Positions 36,968 to 46,444 of a stretch of 64,000 nt of DNA are shown here, one piece after another. How positions within the stretch are numbered: position 1 is the first letter of the stretch; each line of letters begins with the position of its first letter. The notes below the pieces were generated by a model. It was not told the DNA's origin and did not search any database. It saw only the letters and a program-made list of their open reading frames with translations. The DNA is from Thermoplasmata archaeon (GTDB taxonomy: Archaea; Thermoplasmatota; Thermoplasmata; RBG-16-68-12; JAFNFQ01): the NCBI GenBank assembly GCA_041489255.1, contig JBGPQV010000002.1:191442-255441 (forward strand), given 5' to 3'. The position numbers and the translations under genes were made by a program.

Positions 36968-37771
36968 GTGAATCGGCTGTTGATTAAGTTGTGTGCTGCT
37001 TCTCGTGAGCTGAAAGCGAAAATCTGTTTGCTTGGTGAGCGCCAAGTCGGCAAGTCCGCGCTGGTCCGACGTTACATGCTCGACCAGTTCAGCGACGAAT
37101 ACTTCGCCACCCTCGGGATGAAGGTGTACAAGAAGCTGGTTTACGTTTTTCCCCCGCGGTCAAAGGACGCGGTCGCCGTCAACATGGTCTTGTGGGACAT
37201 CATGGGAGACGGCGAATACGGTGAATCGATGAGGGATATCTACCTTCACGGGGCTGCGGGGATCATGGCGGTGGCAGACGTGACGAGACCGGACACCATT
37301 CCGCCACTCAGTCGCTGGGTGAATCCCGCCCTGCAGATGCTCGGAGACGTGCCAGTTCAGATCATCCTGAACAAGTGGGACGCGGGCGAGGCCGTCTACG
37401 CGCGCGAGATGGGGCGCGGCATCGCGAAGAAGCATGTCGCTCCATGCTATTTGACCAGCGCTTTGAAGGGAGACAACGTGGAGAGGGCGTTTCTCGACCT
37501 GGCGCAGAGAATCCTTGCCCAGGCCCAAGTGGCTGCGAGACCTCTGTCCGAGGACAAGATCCTGGAATTGCTCGTGGGCTCAATAGGCGAGACCAGGACC
37601 CTAGAGGACCTATCGGCTGAGTTCGGTCTTCCAGCCACTCACGCCGAGCCGCGAATACGCAACCTTGTCAGGAGCGGACATCTTGCGCTCAAAGATGTGG
37701 ACATCGCACCTGACGGTTGCCCCGTCATGACATACACGGCCACGGGCAAGCTTGCCAAGAAGAGCGACTGA
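36968..37771 (+). CDS. Rab/Ras-like small GTPase with C-terminal wHTH
   Basis: G1 GERQVGKS, G2 TLG, G3 WDIMG, G4 NKWD, G5 TSAL; start uncertain. Confidence 0.85.
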   Translation: MNRLLIKLCAASRELKAKICLLGERQVGKSALVRRYMLDQFSDEYFATLGMKVYKKLVYVFPPRSKDAVAVNMVLWDIMGDGEYGESMRDIYLHGAAGIMAVADVTRPDTIPPLSRWVNPALQMLGDVPVQIILNKWDAGEAVYAREMGRGIAKKHVAPCYLTSALKGDNVERAFLDLAQRILAQAQVAARPLSEDKILELLVGSIGETRTLEDLSAEFGLPATHAEPRIRNLVRSGHLALKDVDIAPDGCPVMTYTATGKLAKKSD

Positions 37772-37787
37772 AGGTCGGCCCGCGCCT

Positions 37788-38108
37788 CTATCTGTACTGG
37801 CGGCAGCTGTGGCAGTACCACCGCCCTTTCTGCGGGTAGTAGGTCATCGACCGCCCGCAGACCGGACATACATTCGCCATCGGAGCGGCGGTCGGGATGC
37901 TTTGCTGGACGTATATCTGAGTCGACTGCGGTGGCGATATCACTAGACCCACGATCAGGAGCACAAGCCCAACTATGAAAAGAACCGGGGATAGCAGGCA
38001 CAACAAAACTCCAATCAATGGGTTGAAGATAGCCAACATCCACCCGAAAAATGCAATTAGCAACATTACCACGCCCGCTGCAACAATTCCCCCGCGCATG
38101 AAAGCCAC
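37788..38108 (-). CDS. Small membrane protein with C-terminal zinc ribbon
   Basis: Two TM helices followed by CPVCG..WYCHSC. Confidence 0.75.
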   Translation of the reverse strand: MAFMRGGIVAAGVVMLLIAFFGWMLAIFNPLIGVLLCLLSPVLFIVGLVLLIVGLVISPPQSTQIYVQQSIPTAAPMANVCPVCGRSMTYYPQKGRWYCHSCRQYR

Positions 38109-38146
38109 AACTGCTTCCTAGATAATAATGCTACTTCCCCGCCTTA

Positions 38147-39019
38147 TCATATGACCATTGCGGCGAGCAGGATCGCGAGGTACGGTGATGTGTACTTGAA
38201 CAGAACGAACGGGGCTCGGCCGCGCGGTTTGACCGTCATCCACGCAGTCAATGCGAGCAGCGCAGCCCCGGTCGCGCTCGCGACGACGAGGTAGGGCCAT
38301 CCGAACGGCCCGATCAGCACCAGCGCGCAGGAGAAGAACACCATGAGAATGGAAGTCGATGCGACGCACAACACTGCCTTCCTGAGGTCAACAATCGCGG
38401 TGAGCATCGGAATCCCCGCCCTGGAGTAGTCGTCCCGCCATTTCAGCGCGAGGCTCCAGATATGGGACGGGATCCAGAGGACCACCAGGGCCGCCATAAG
38501 GATCGGGGTCAACGACAAATCCGCATTCACCGTCCAGCCGACTACCACGGGGGCTCCGCCGGAGAACCCGCCAAGGATGATGTTGAGCGGGGACCTCCTC
38601 TTCAGCCACACGCTGTAGACGAGAATGTTGTCCACGAGTCCGAGGAGGCCGAACAGCGCTGCGACGTACTTCCCCGCCAGGACGAGAATTAGCAGAGAGA
38701 ATGCGGCCAGCGCAGCACCGAACTCCAGAGCTTTCGACGGTGGCGCGATCCGACCTGTCGGGATTGGCCTGTGCATCGTGCGCTCCATGATGCTGTCGAC
38801 GTCCCTGTCGAGGTAGCAGGTGATGGCGTTCGCGCCCGCGGTGCCCAAGGCCACCGCTACGACGGCGAGGATGCCGTCGGAGACTGTTCCCGGATGGATC
38901 TTCGTCGATGCGAGGAAACCGATGCCGGCGGTGTAGGCCAGCATAACCCATAACCTGGGTTTCGTGACCTGCCAATAGGCCAGCGCGCTGGTCCGCCCAC
39001 GCCCCTCTGTCGAATCCAT
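38147..39019 (-). CDS. cyoE: Protoheme IX farnesyltransferase (heme O synthase)
   Basis: TKPR, DRDVDSIMERTMHRPIPTG, LKRRSPLNI, WIPSHIWSLA..DY. Confidence 0.93.
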   Translation of the reverse strand: MDSTEGRGRTSALAYWQVTKPRLWVMLAYTAGIGFLASTKIHPGTVSDGILAVVAVALGTAGANAITCYLDRDVDSIMERTMHRPIPTGRIAPPSKALEFGAALAAFSLLILVLAGKYVAALFGLLGLVDNILVYSVWLKRRSPLNIILGGFSGGAPVVVGWTVNADLSLTPILMAALVVLWIPSHIWSLALKWRDDYSRAGIPMLTAIVDLRKAVLCVASTSILMVFFSCALVLIGPFGWPYLVVASATGAALLALTAWMTVKPRGRAPFVLFKYTSPYLAILLAAMVI

Positions 39020-39140
39020 TCAGCGAGCAACTCCGGTCTGATGCTTGACCGTGACCACCAATGCGCTTATCCTCATAAACCGTGGCGAATGGCGGGGTTC
39101 ATAGCAACGTTTATCACCGCTTTCCCCGTTGGAGCGGGAT

Positions 39141-40457
39141 GTGTTCGAGCGTCCGCGTGGCACGCGGGATTTCAATCCGTCACAGGCGGCCTCTCACCGC
39201 TTCGTGGAGCGAGCCTTCAGGCGGACCGCTGAGGCTTTCGGGTGTAGAGAGGTGCTCACTCCGACATTCGAGAACGTCGAGTTGTTCAAAGCCAAGTCAG
39301 GACCTGGTATCCTCGAAGAGATGTTCACGTTCAAGGACAAAGGCGGGCGGGATCTGGCTCTGCGACCCGAGTTCACGGCTTCAATCATACGTTTCTACAA
39401 CAGCGAGTTGCGGAGCGAGCCGAAGCCGCTCAAGGTCTTCACCCTGGGCAACTGCTTCCGCTACGAGGAGCCCCAGATGGGGCGGTACAGGGAGTTCTGG
39501 CAGTGGAACTGCGAGATCATCGGGGCGCCAAGCCTGGAATCAGATTCTGATGTCATCGCGCTCGCGGACGCGGGGCTCAAACAGGTCGGGTTGAAGAAGA
39601 CCGAACTGAGGATAGGGCACATAGGGATGCTGAGGAATTTCCTGGCGTTCCCGCCGCATGATCAGGCGACCGTCCTCCACCTGCTTGACAAGAAGAGGTT
39701 CGCCGACCTCAAGACCGTGCTCGCGCGGCTAGGGGCTGAAAAACTCTTCGATATCGTCTCCTCAGTCGCGCAGCTCAAGGGCGGACCTGAAGTCCTTGAC
39801 AAAGCGCAGTCACTTCTCGGTCAAGCAGCGAAGGAATCTGTCGAGTATCTCAGGATGCTCGGCGGCCAGCTTGCCCTCTACGGCATCAAGGACTTCGTCT
39901 ATGACCTAAGCGTAGTCCGAGGTCTGGACTATTACACGGGCATGGTTTTCGAAATCGACTCGCCCAACCTCGGCGCGGAGAAGCAGGTTGGCGGTGGCGG
40001 CGCGTACACCCTCACGAATGTGCTCGGGGGCGAGGCGACATCCTCCACAGGTTTCGCGATCGGCATAGACAGAGTCGTGCTCTCGGCCGGGCAGGAAGGG
40101 GTCAGGATGACCCCGAGGCCGCTGGACGCGTACGTCATTCCGATTGGGCAGCCAATGCGAGCGAGGGCGTTCGAAATCGTGATGCATCTCAGGATGGCGG
40201 GGCTCTGCGCCGATGTCGACCTGATGGGGCGCGGGCCGTCGAAGAACCTCGACTACGCAAACTCAGTCAAAGCTCGCACCTCGGTGCTGATCGGCGAGAA
40301 GGAGGCGGCCAAGGGCGTGGTGGCCCTCCGCGACATGGAGAGCGGGAAGCAGACTGAGGTCAGCGTCCAGGATCTTGTCGCGGCGCTGAAAGGCGGCGGC
40401 GAGCCCAAAGCGCATAAGACAGGCAAGAAACCGACGCGCCGAGCGACAAAGCCTTAA
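39141..40457 (+). CDS. hisS: Histidine--tRNA ligase
   Basis: RPRGTRDF, LRPEFTAS, FRYEEPQMGRYREF, RGLDYYTG, GFAIGIDR. Confidence 0.97.
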   Translation: MFERPRGTRDFNPSQAASHRFVERAFRRTAEAFGCREVLTPTFENVELFKAKSGPGILEEMFTFKDKGGRDLALRPEFTASIIRFYNSELRSEPKPLKVFTLGNCFRYEEPQMGRYREFWQWNCEIIGAPSLESDSDVIALADAGLKQVGLKKTELRIGHIGMLRNFLAFPPHDQATVLHLLDKKRFADLKTVLARLGAEKLFDIVSSVAQLKGGPEVLDKAQSLLGQAAKESVEYLRMLGGQLALYGIKDFVYDLSVVRGLDYYTGMVFEIDSPNLGAEKQVGGGGAYTLTNVLGGEATSSTGFAIGIDRVVLSAGQEGVRMTPRPLDAYVIPIGQPMRARAFEIVMHLRMAGLCADVDLMGRGPSKNLDYANSVKARTSVLIGEKEAAKGVVALRDMESGKQTEVSVQDLVAALKGGGEPKAHKTGKKPTRRATKP

Positions 40458-40563
40458 GTATTTCTGCCTGAATGAAACGGGAAATGGGGTTGAGCCAATA
40501 GATTCAGGGAAGCATGCCACGGACGAGATCAGGGATGTCATCAAAGGGGCGGACGCGGTCCAT

Positions 40564-42030
40564 GTGTCCACAATTTCAGGCACATCAATCCGCGCAAGGA
40601 TGATGCACTTCGGTCTCGGCGATGGTTTCGACATCTACCTCGCGAGCATGAAGGGCGACCCCAAGACCGTGCAACTCTCCAGCAACCGCAATGTCACGCT
40701 CCTGTTCCGCGGGCAGAGCCCCGACGAGCAGGACTCCGCCGAGGTGGAGATAAATGGCGTGGCCGAGCCTGTGAAGGACGAGAACGAGCGCCAGAGAGCT
40801 TTCACCCTGGAGGCTTCGAAGTCGTCGATCGTGAATGGGCTGATTCAATCCGGCAACACCCGCCTGCTCGACTGCATCAGAGTGCGGCCCATCCAAGTGA
40901 AGTTTCGGGTCTTCAGAGAAATCGTGCAGGGCGTGCCGCCAACGGTCATCGATTTTCCGGAGAACGCAGGGGCCGAATCGGAATGGAGGATGCTTGCTCG
41001 CAGGGCAAAGCTGTGGGCCATGGAGGTCCGTGCACCTTTCCTCACCGCCTCAGTGATCCCCGTTATCCTTGGCGCGATGATCGCCTTCACGGTGAATGAC
41101 CTTTTTGACATGGGGCTTTTCCTCCTCGCCCTCCTTGGCGGCGTCTTCATCCAGATGGGCACCAACGTTTTCAACGACTACTTCGACCACCAAAGCAAGG
41201 ATGACGAGCTGAACAAGGAGTACGTGAGGCCTTTCAGCGGCGGGAGCAGGATGATCCAGCTCGGGCTGATGTCGCCACTCGAAGTGCTCGCGGAGGCCGT
41301 GGTCTTGTTCGCCTTGGCGGCGGGGATTGGCGTTATCCTCGCTTGGTTGCGGGGCTGGCCGATACTCGTCTTCGGCATCGTCGGACTCGTTTCCGGTTAT
41401 TTCTACACCGCTCCTCCATTGAACCTAGCCTCCAGAGGAATCGGAGAGTTGGTCGTCGGCGTCAACTTCGGAGTGCTCATGACTCTCGGCTCATACTACG
41501 TCCAGACGATGACCTTGAGCTGGATCGCTCTGGTCGCCTCCATACCGCCAGCGCTGCTGATCGCGGCTGTTCTCTATGTGAACGAGTTCCCCGACTACAA
41601 AGCGGACATGGCGGTGGGTAAGAGGCATCTTGTAGTCCGCCTCGGCAGGGAGAAGGCTACGTGGGGGGTTCCTGCGCTCTTCGTGGCAACATATGCTACC
41701 GTGGTCATTGGCGCGCTCGTCGGACTGTTGCCGGTCTACACTCTGATTGCACTATTGGCACTCCCGTTCGCCGTCAAGGCGTCGATGTATTGCCTGAGGT
41801 ATCACTCGAGGCCATTCGACATGGTTCCCGCCAACGCCTCCACGATAATGGCGCATATGTTCACGGGCATACTGCTCGTCATGGGTTTCGGGTTCACCAG
41901 ACTCGAAAGCGCGGGAATCGGCTATGTGGTGCTCGCCCTCGGCATCGTGGCGGCTGTCATCGCGTTCATCTACTGGAGCAACGGGAAGAAAGAGGCAGCG
42001 ATGGCTGGCGCCAAGAAGACCGTCGCCTAG
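40564..42030 (+). CDS. menA: Fusion of a PNPOx-like split-barrel domain and MenA-type (DHNA) prenyltransferase
   Basis: C-terminal part RAPFLTASVIP, NVFNDYFD..DD, GGSR, NEFPDYKAD..GKR; N-terminal part 'PKTVQLSSNRNV..VEING.AE'; true start probably further upstream. Confidence 0.8.
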   Translation: MSTISGTSIRARMMHFGLGDGFDIYLASMKGDPKTVQLSSNRNVTLLFRGQSPDEQDSAEVEINGVAEPVKDENERQRAFTLEASKSSIVNGLIQSGNTRLLDCIRVRPIQVKFRVFREIVQGVPPTVIDFPENAGAESEWRMLARRAKLWAMEVRAPFLTASVIPVILGAMIAFTVNDLFDMGLFLLALLGGVFIQMGTNVFNDYFDHQSKDDELNKEYVRPFSGGSRMIQLGLMSPLEVLAEAVVLFALAAGIGVILAWLRGWPILVFGIVGLVSGYFYTAPPLNLASRGIGELVVGVNFGVLMTLGSYYVQTMTLSWIALVASIPPALLIAAVLYVNEFPDYKADMAVGKRHLVVRLGREKATWGVPALFVATYATVVIGALVGLLPVYTLIALLALPFAVKASMYCLRYHSRPFDMVPANASTIMAHMFTGILLVMGFGFTRLESAGIGYVVLALGIVAAVIAFIYWSNGKKEAAMAGAKKTVA

Positions 42031-42420
42031 ACTTCCTGCACATCCTGCATGCGGCTCAATGCCAAGAGGTTAAATAGCCACCTGCCTTCTTAGGCTGACC
42101 TAAATAACGGTCATGAGGAATGAATAATGAACCATACTGCCAGAATCACTGAGATTTCAATGAAGATGCAGGGGATCCAGGCGGGATTAATTCGCCTCGG
42201 ATCGTTCGACCGAAATCTGACAATGGCAATTCTGACGAGGCCGACAACGTGGGTGAGATGATGGGCATTCCGAGTGACATTGCCTACCTCAAGAGCGCCC
42301 CTCCACATTACTCGGATTTCGTATCCGGCCAAGTTCGCAGATATTTCCGGACAGAACTGCAGGATGTATGCCCATGCTGGATGCTCGTGGACAATATGGC
42401 CTCTTTCAGAAAAGCCCCGG

Positions 42421-44025
42421 CTACATCGCAATAGTGGCGAGCATCGTGAGGCTGCCGACGGATCTGGGTGCGAGACCTCCGAGCCAGAAGAGGACGTTGG
42501 GCCTCAGATTGTCTGGCGTCCCGGGCACGAATATCAAGCTGATTACCCTCGGTGCGCTCAGGCGCAGCTGGTTCTGGATCGTACGGTCTGCCTGACGTAC
42601 TCTCGTGATATAGTCTTGGACAAGCGTGACAGCATCCTGCGGAGTGCTAAGCGGCGGGATGACTCTGAGCACCCCGGGACTGTAAGGCTGTGAGCGGTTG
42701 ATCACTTCCCTGACCGGCCCTCCGCCACTAATGGAAGTCTCCTTCCCAGCAAGCTTGTTGAAAAAACCTGACCTTTCGCGCGCGTTGAAGATGTCGGTGA
42801 GCACGAGCCGTGGCTCGTTTCCGCTAAACGCGTCGATGTCGGCGGGGAACGTCGCTGAGACGAGCATTGCCTCCGTCACCTCCACCCCCTGTGTCTTCCA
42901 CAGGGCACCGGTCTGGAACGTATAGGGTATGTCCACCGCCCAGAATGGGAATAGCACCGTCCCCTGGACGGGCAGCATACTGATGGCGCCTGCCCCAGCC
43001 TTCGCCTTCTGTATGTCCGCGACCACCTTCAGTATCTCCTCGTGGTGACTCGTGTCCCGGAACCGCCCCTGCCACTGGGGGAAAGGCCTTTCTTGGAGAC
43101 TCGTGAGCACTCCCATCAGATTGCGGATCGGCGTCATCGCGGCGGCGTAGTCGCCACCGGGAGCGTATTGGAGCGCTTCGGCGAGATAGGTCGAGCTTCT
43201 CACGACAGAGAGTTCCTTGTCTATCCCTTGGACCATCAGAGACATGTCGAGGCTCTGGATCGCCGTGGCCCTCGCGCTCTGGAGCGCGGTCTTTGCCTCC
43301 TCGAGCCGGGTCATCGCTTCCTGCATGTTCAGGCTCGTGAGGTCGTCGAGTCCTTTCGAGAGCTTCGCCAGGCCCCGGAAACGTTCCTCGAGACCGGAGA
43401 GCTTCTTTGCGCTCTTGACGGCCTGAGTCGCGGCTTCGAAGTTCTCCTTCATGAAGTGATAGCGCTCGGGCTTCATCTCGGCCATCAGCGCTGCGTTGTT
43501 CAGGAGATAACCATAAGCGACCGAGAGCGCGCCTATCTCGGATATCATACCCTTACTTTCATCATCCACGGCAAGAGCGGAAACCTGCTGGACTTTGGCC
43601 TGGAACAGGAATACATCCTTGGGGTTGTTTGAGAGAGGCATTCCCCGCTCCATCATGTACGGGAGCACAGCCATGGGCTGGGCCAGGACGTTGAAGCAGT
43701 TGAACCGGTACTCCCCGTACTCGGTTGTCAGCCTTGGCCTTATGTTATTCACGAAAATCGTGTGTCGCGCAATCGGGTCGACCATGCCGGTGGCCATTGC
43801 GTCCATTCCGACCGGAATCGCTTGCCTCACCCACGCGTTCACCTGCAGGAGCACCTGGTCGAAGAAGGCGCGCGCGTCGACGAGCTTCTGGCTGGAGCCG
43901 CAAAACTGGCACCGGACGATATCATCGGTCGGCGCCGCGGAGAGCGGTGCGGAGCACGATTTGCAGCGGAGGGAAAGCATGGAGGTGGGGTTCATGGGTC
44001 CCGAGCCAACTTGTCCATCCGCCAT
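42421..44025 (-). CDS. Hypothetical protein: zinc ribbon, helical region and alpha/beta C-terminus
   Basis: CKSCSAPL..VRCQFCG; long ORF with coding-like codon usage. Confidence 0.75.
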   Translation of the reverse strand: MADGQVGSGPMNPTSMLSLRCKSCSAPLSAAPTDDIVRCQFCGSSQKLVDARAFFDQVLLQVNAWVRQAIPVGMDAMATGMVDPIARHTIFVNNIRPRLTTEYGEYRFNCFNVLAQPMAVLPYMMERGMPLSNNPKDVFLFQAKVQQVSALAVDDESKGMISEIGALSVAYGYLLNNAALMAEMKPERYHFMKENFEAATQAVKSAKKLSGLEERFRGLAKLSKGLDDLTSLNMQEAMTRLEEAKTALQSARATAIQSLDMSLMVQGIDKELSVVRSSTYLAEALQYAPGGDYAAAMTPIRNLMGVLTSLQERPFPQWQGRFRDTSHHEEILKVVADIQKAKAGAGAISMLPVQGTVLFPFWAVDIPYTFQTGALWKTQGVEVTEAMLVSATFPADIDAFSGNEPRLVLTDIFNARERSGFFNKLAGKETSISGGGPVREVINRSQPYSPGVLRVIPPLSTPQDAVTLVQDYITRVRQADRTIQNQLRLSAPRVISLIFVPGTPDNLRPNVLFWLGGLAPRSVGSLTMLATIAM

Positions 44026-44040
44026 TGCACAACCCCTGCA

Positions 44041-44970
44041 TTAGCGCCCTGAACGAATATTCTTGATCTGAGCCCGTATCTCGTTCAACTCTCGCTCAAT
44101 CTTGACCTCGAGTTCCTGCGTTCGCTTGACTGCGAGGTCGTCTGCGAGCTTGAAGACTGCGCTGTAGCAGCCCCTGCACGCGTATATCGCGTTGGAAACG
44201 GGGTCGAATGTTGGCAAAGCGCTGCCCTCGCCAGTCCTCTTGACAACATCGGTCAGCTCACTTGCCATCGTGACGAAATGTATCCCTTCGCCGGACACCT
44301 CGCGCCCGCAGAACCAGCACTTCGCGGCGCGACCGTACGCGCGGACGCGCATTGAAGCAGCATCCGCGAAGTCCTGACGGCCGGCCTGCATCCACCACAG
44401 CCTCGCGCTCTGGTAGTGCTCCGCAGCGGCCTTCGGGTTGTCCAGTATTAGCGATTCCCCAAGAGCCTCCTCGGCCAACGCCATCAAGGCGGGAGCCTTC
44501 GCCTCGCCCGTCATCGCGGTCTTGCTGAATAACTCGGGAATCACGAGAACTTGCCCGGTCATCTTTGCGCGGAACTGCATCGCTGTGGTCTGGAGTGCCT
44601 GAGCTTTGTCCTTGAATTGCTGCGGATTCGTCGGCGACAATGATAGGACCTCTATCTCTGTTGCTAGGAGATCTAACTCGGTCGCCAGCTGATTGGCGGG
44701 AATCTCTCTCAGACCTATCTTCATCATGAAGCCGCCAATGTTGAGCAAGGACTGTGAGGCGATGCGGTAAGCCATCGGGTTCGACATCTGCTGTCCGAGG
44801 GCGACCACTGCGGCATAACTCGAGGCGATGTTCGCCCCCATCGCGTCCCCCTGTTTAGCGAACTTTCTCGCTGCATCGCTGTACTTCTCATTGGCCTCGA
44901 CGAAGTTGCCTCTCTGCACGAGATCGTGACCGAGGGCGACGAGTTCCCCGGCCGACTTAATCAGGCCCAA
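44041..44970 (-). CDS. Hypothetical TPR/SNAP-like helical protein with zinc finger
   Basis: Helical repeats, CWFCG..CRGC; in an operon with 42421..44025; start uncertain. Confidence 0.72.
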   Translation of the reverse strand: MGLIKSAGELVALGHDLVQRGNFVEANEKYSDAARKFAKQGDAMGANIASSYAAVVALGQQMSNPMAYRIASQSLLNIGGFMMKIGLREIPANQLATELDLLATEIEVLSLSPTNPQQFKDKAQALQTTAMQFRAKMTGQVLVIPELFSKTAMTGEAKAPALMALAEEALGESLILDNPKAAAEHYQSARLWWMQAGRQDFADAASMRVRAYGRAAKCWFCGREVSGEGIHFVTMASELTDVVKRTGEGSALPTFDPVSNAIYACRGCYSAVFKLADDLAVKRTQELEVKIERELNEIRAQIKNIRSGR

Positions 44971-45074
44971 ATCCACACAGCCTCTTAATGTTGGCAACCG
45001 AAGCGCCTAGTTAATGGTTTGTGGACCATTCTCGAATCTGTCGACGAATCAGACCAGATGTGTCTGCTGGGAAG

Positions 45075-45147
45075 CGCCCCGGTCGGGATTCGAACCCGAG
45101 CACTCGGCTCGACAGACCGAGATCATAGACCGCTAGACTACCGGGGC
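45075..45147 (-). tRNA. tRNA-Asp(GTC)
   Basis: GCCCCGG acceptor, TCGGT-CTGTCGA-GCCGA, GGTTCGAATCC, discriminator G. Confidence 0.95.
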
Positions 45148-45288
45148 CCGGGCTTCCCTATGAAGAGATGCTATTTTAGCTTTAGCCCGCGGAGATTCCC
45201 ATGTGAATCGAACATCACTTCGACTCGATGCCTCTCTAGGATTACCTAAATTGACAAGGTTGATAAATCGCCGAGTCTAGGGATTGCC

Positions 45289-45888
45289 ATGAAGGCCAAA
45301 TTCCGGTTCTATCCTCTCGTGCTGGCCCCGTTGATCCTCATGCTTGGGTTCATCTGGGTCATGGGCGGGACGTTGAACATGTACGATGTGAATGTCGCGC
45401 AAGGTCCCGCATCCGGGAACGAGAGATATGGCTACCTCATCGGAGACGTATGGTCGCAGGGAGGATGGTACAATGTTTCCTATTCGACGCTGTACTTCCC
45501 CAGCCGGATCAGCCCCAATCCCGTCCCGGGCATGAACTGGCTGCTCGACAATGTCATGGCCCCAAATGCCGGTGCCGTCATGACCACCATGGCGGCGCTC
45601 GAATTGCTGATCGGCATCTCGATACTCACCGGCGCCTTCACCAAAATCAGCCTCCTGGGCGCGCCGTTGATGGACTTGGGGATCATATTGGCGGCAGGCC
45701 ACACCAATCCGGGAATCCTCAGGGTCAACCTGCTGATGCTCGCCTCGGCGCTCACCCTGCTACTCTATCGACGGCAGAATGCGTGGGGCTTAGATCCATG
45801 GCTCGCGAAGAAGTTGAGAAACGTCCCACTACTGAAGAGAATCGTTTCGACTCCCGCGAAAGAGACTCCGACGCCGACCGCTGCGTGA
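45289..45888 (+). CDS. DoxX/DoxD (TQO small subunit-like) membrane protein
   Basis: ELLIGISILTGAFTK, WGLD; four TM helices. Confidence 0.7.
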   Translation: MKAKFRFYPLVLAPLILMLGFIWVMGGTLNMYDVNVAQGPASGNERYGYLIGDVWSQGGWYNVSYSTLYFPSRISPNPVPGMNWLLDNVMAPNAGAVMTTMAALELLIGISILTGAFTKISLLGAPLMDLGIILAAGHTNPGILRVNLLMLASALTLLLYRRQNAWGLDPWLAKKLRNVPLLKRIVSTPAKETPTPTAA

Positions 45889-45980
45889 GCTATCGAAGTC
45901 GTTGAAATAGGTAGGACAGTCCGGCGCCAGCGCTGGCACTGGACATTACAGTTGACCAGCCGCTGGCGACTTTCCAGAAC

Positions 45981-46292
45981 CTACTTCTTCGACCATGCCT
46001 CGGTCGAGTTCCAGTTCTTCGGCCAATAGACCGGGGTGTTTTCCTTTCCCCATTCGTAGGTCCTGAACGAGCAGGAGACGTTGAGCTTCTTCATGGTGGT
46101 GTGCGCCTTGTTGACCTTGCTCCAGTATTCCTTGCTGTCGTCCGCGGTCCACTTTGCGCTCCACGGCCACGCGAAGTCGTAGGTGCCCCACACGGGCCAC
46201 CATCCCTGCTTCTTCAGCTCGCTCGCAATCTCGCCAGGCTTCTGGCTGTTCGGGTTCAACACTATCTGCAGATATGTTACGTATTTCGGCAT
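45981..46292 (-). CDS. Small hypothetical protein
   Basis: GAGGGAGG RBS; 'PGEIASELKKQGWWPVWGTYDF'. Confidence 0.7.
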   Translation of the reverse strand: MPKYVTYLQIVLNPNSQKPGEIASELKKQGWWPVWGTYDFAWPWSAKWTADDSKEYWSKVNKAHTTMKKLNVSCSFRTYEWGKENTPVYWPKNWNSTEAWSKK

Positions 46293-46444
46293 TTTGCTCT
46301 TTCCTCCCTCGGATTTGACAGGAGTCTCGCATCCACCGCGGTCTCTCGCACTTAAGAGTGATGCCTCCATTATCGCCTGCGATTCCATCCGCAGCGCCCC
46401 TCTTCCACAGCGGTTAATTACGCCCTCGCTTATGCGCGGCAGAG

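Noticed and set aside
42111-42431. Small CDS between menA and the zinc-ribbon gene
   Set aside because: No motif, RBS or convincing codon bias; possibly a relic.
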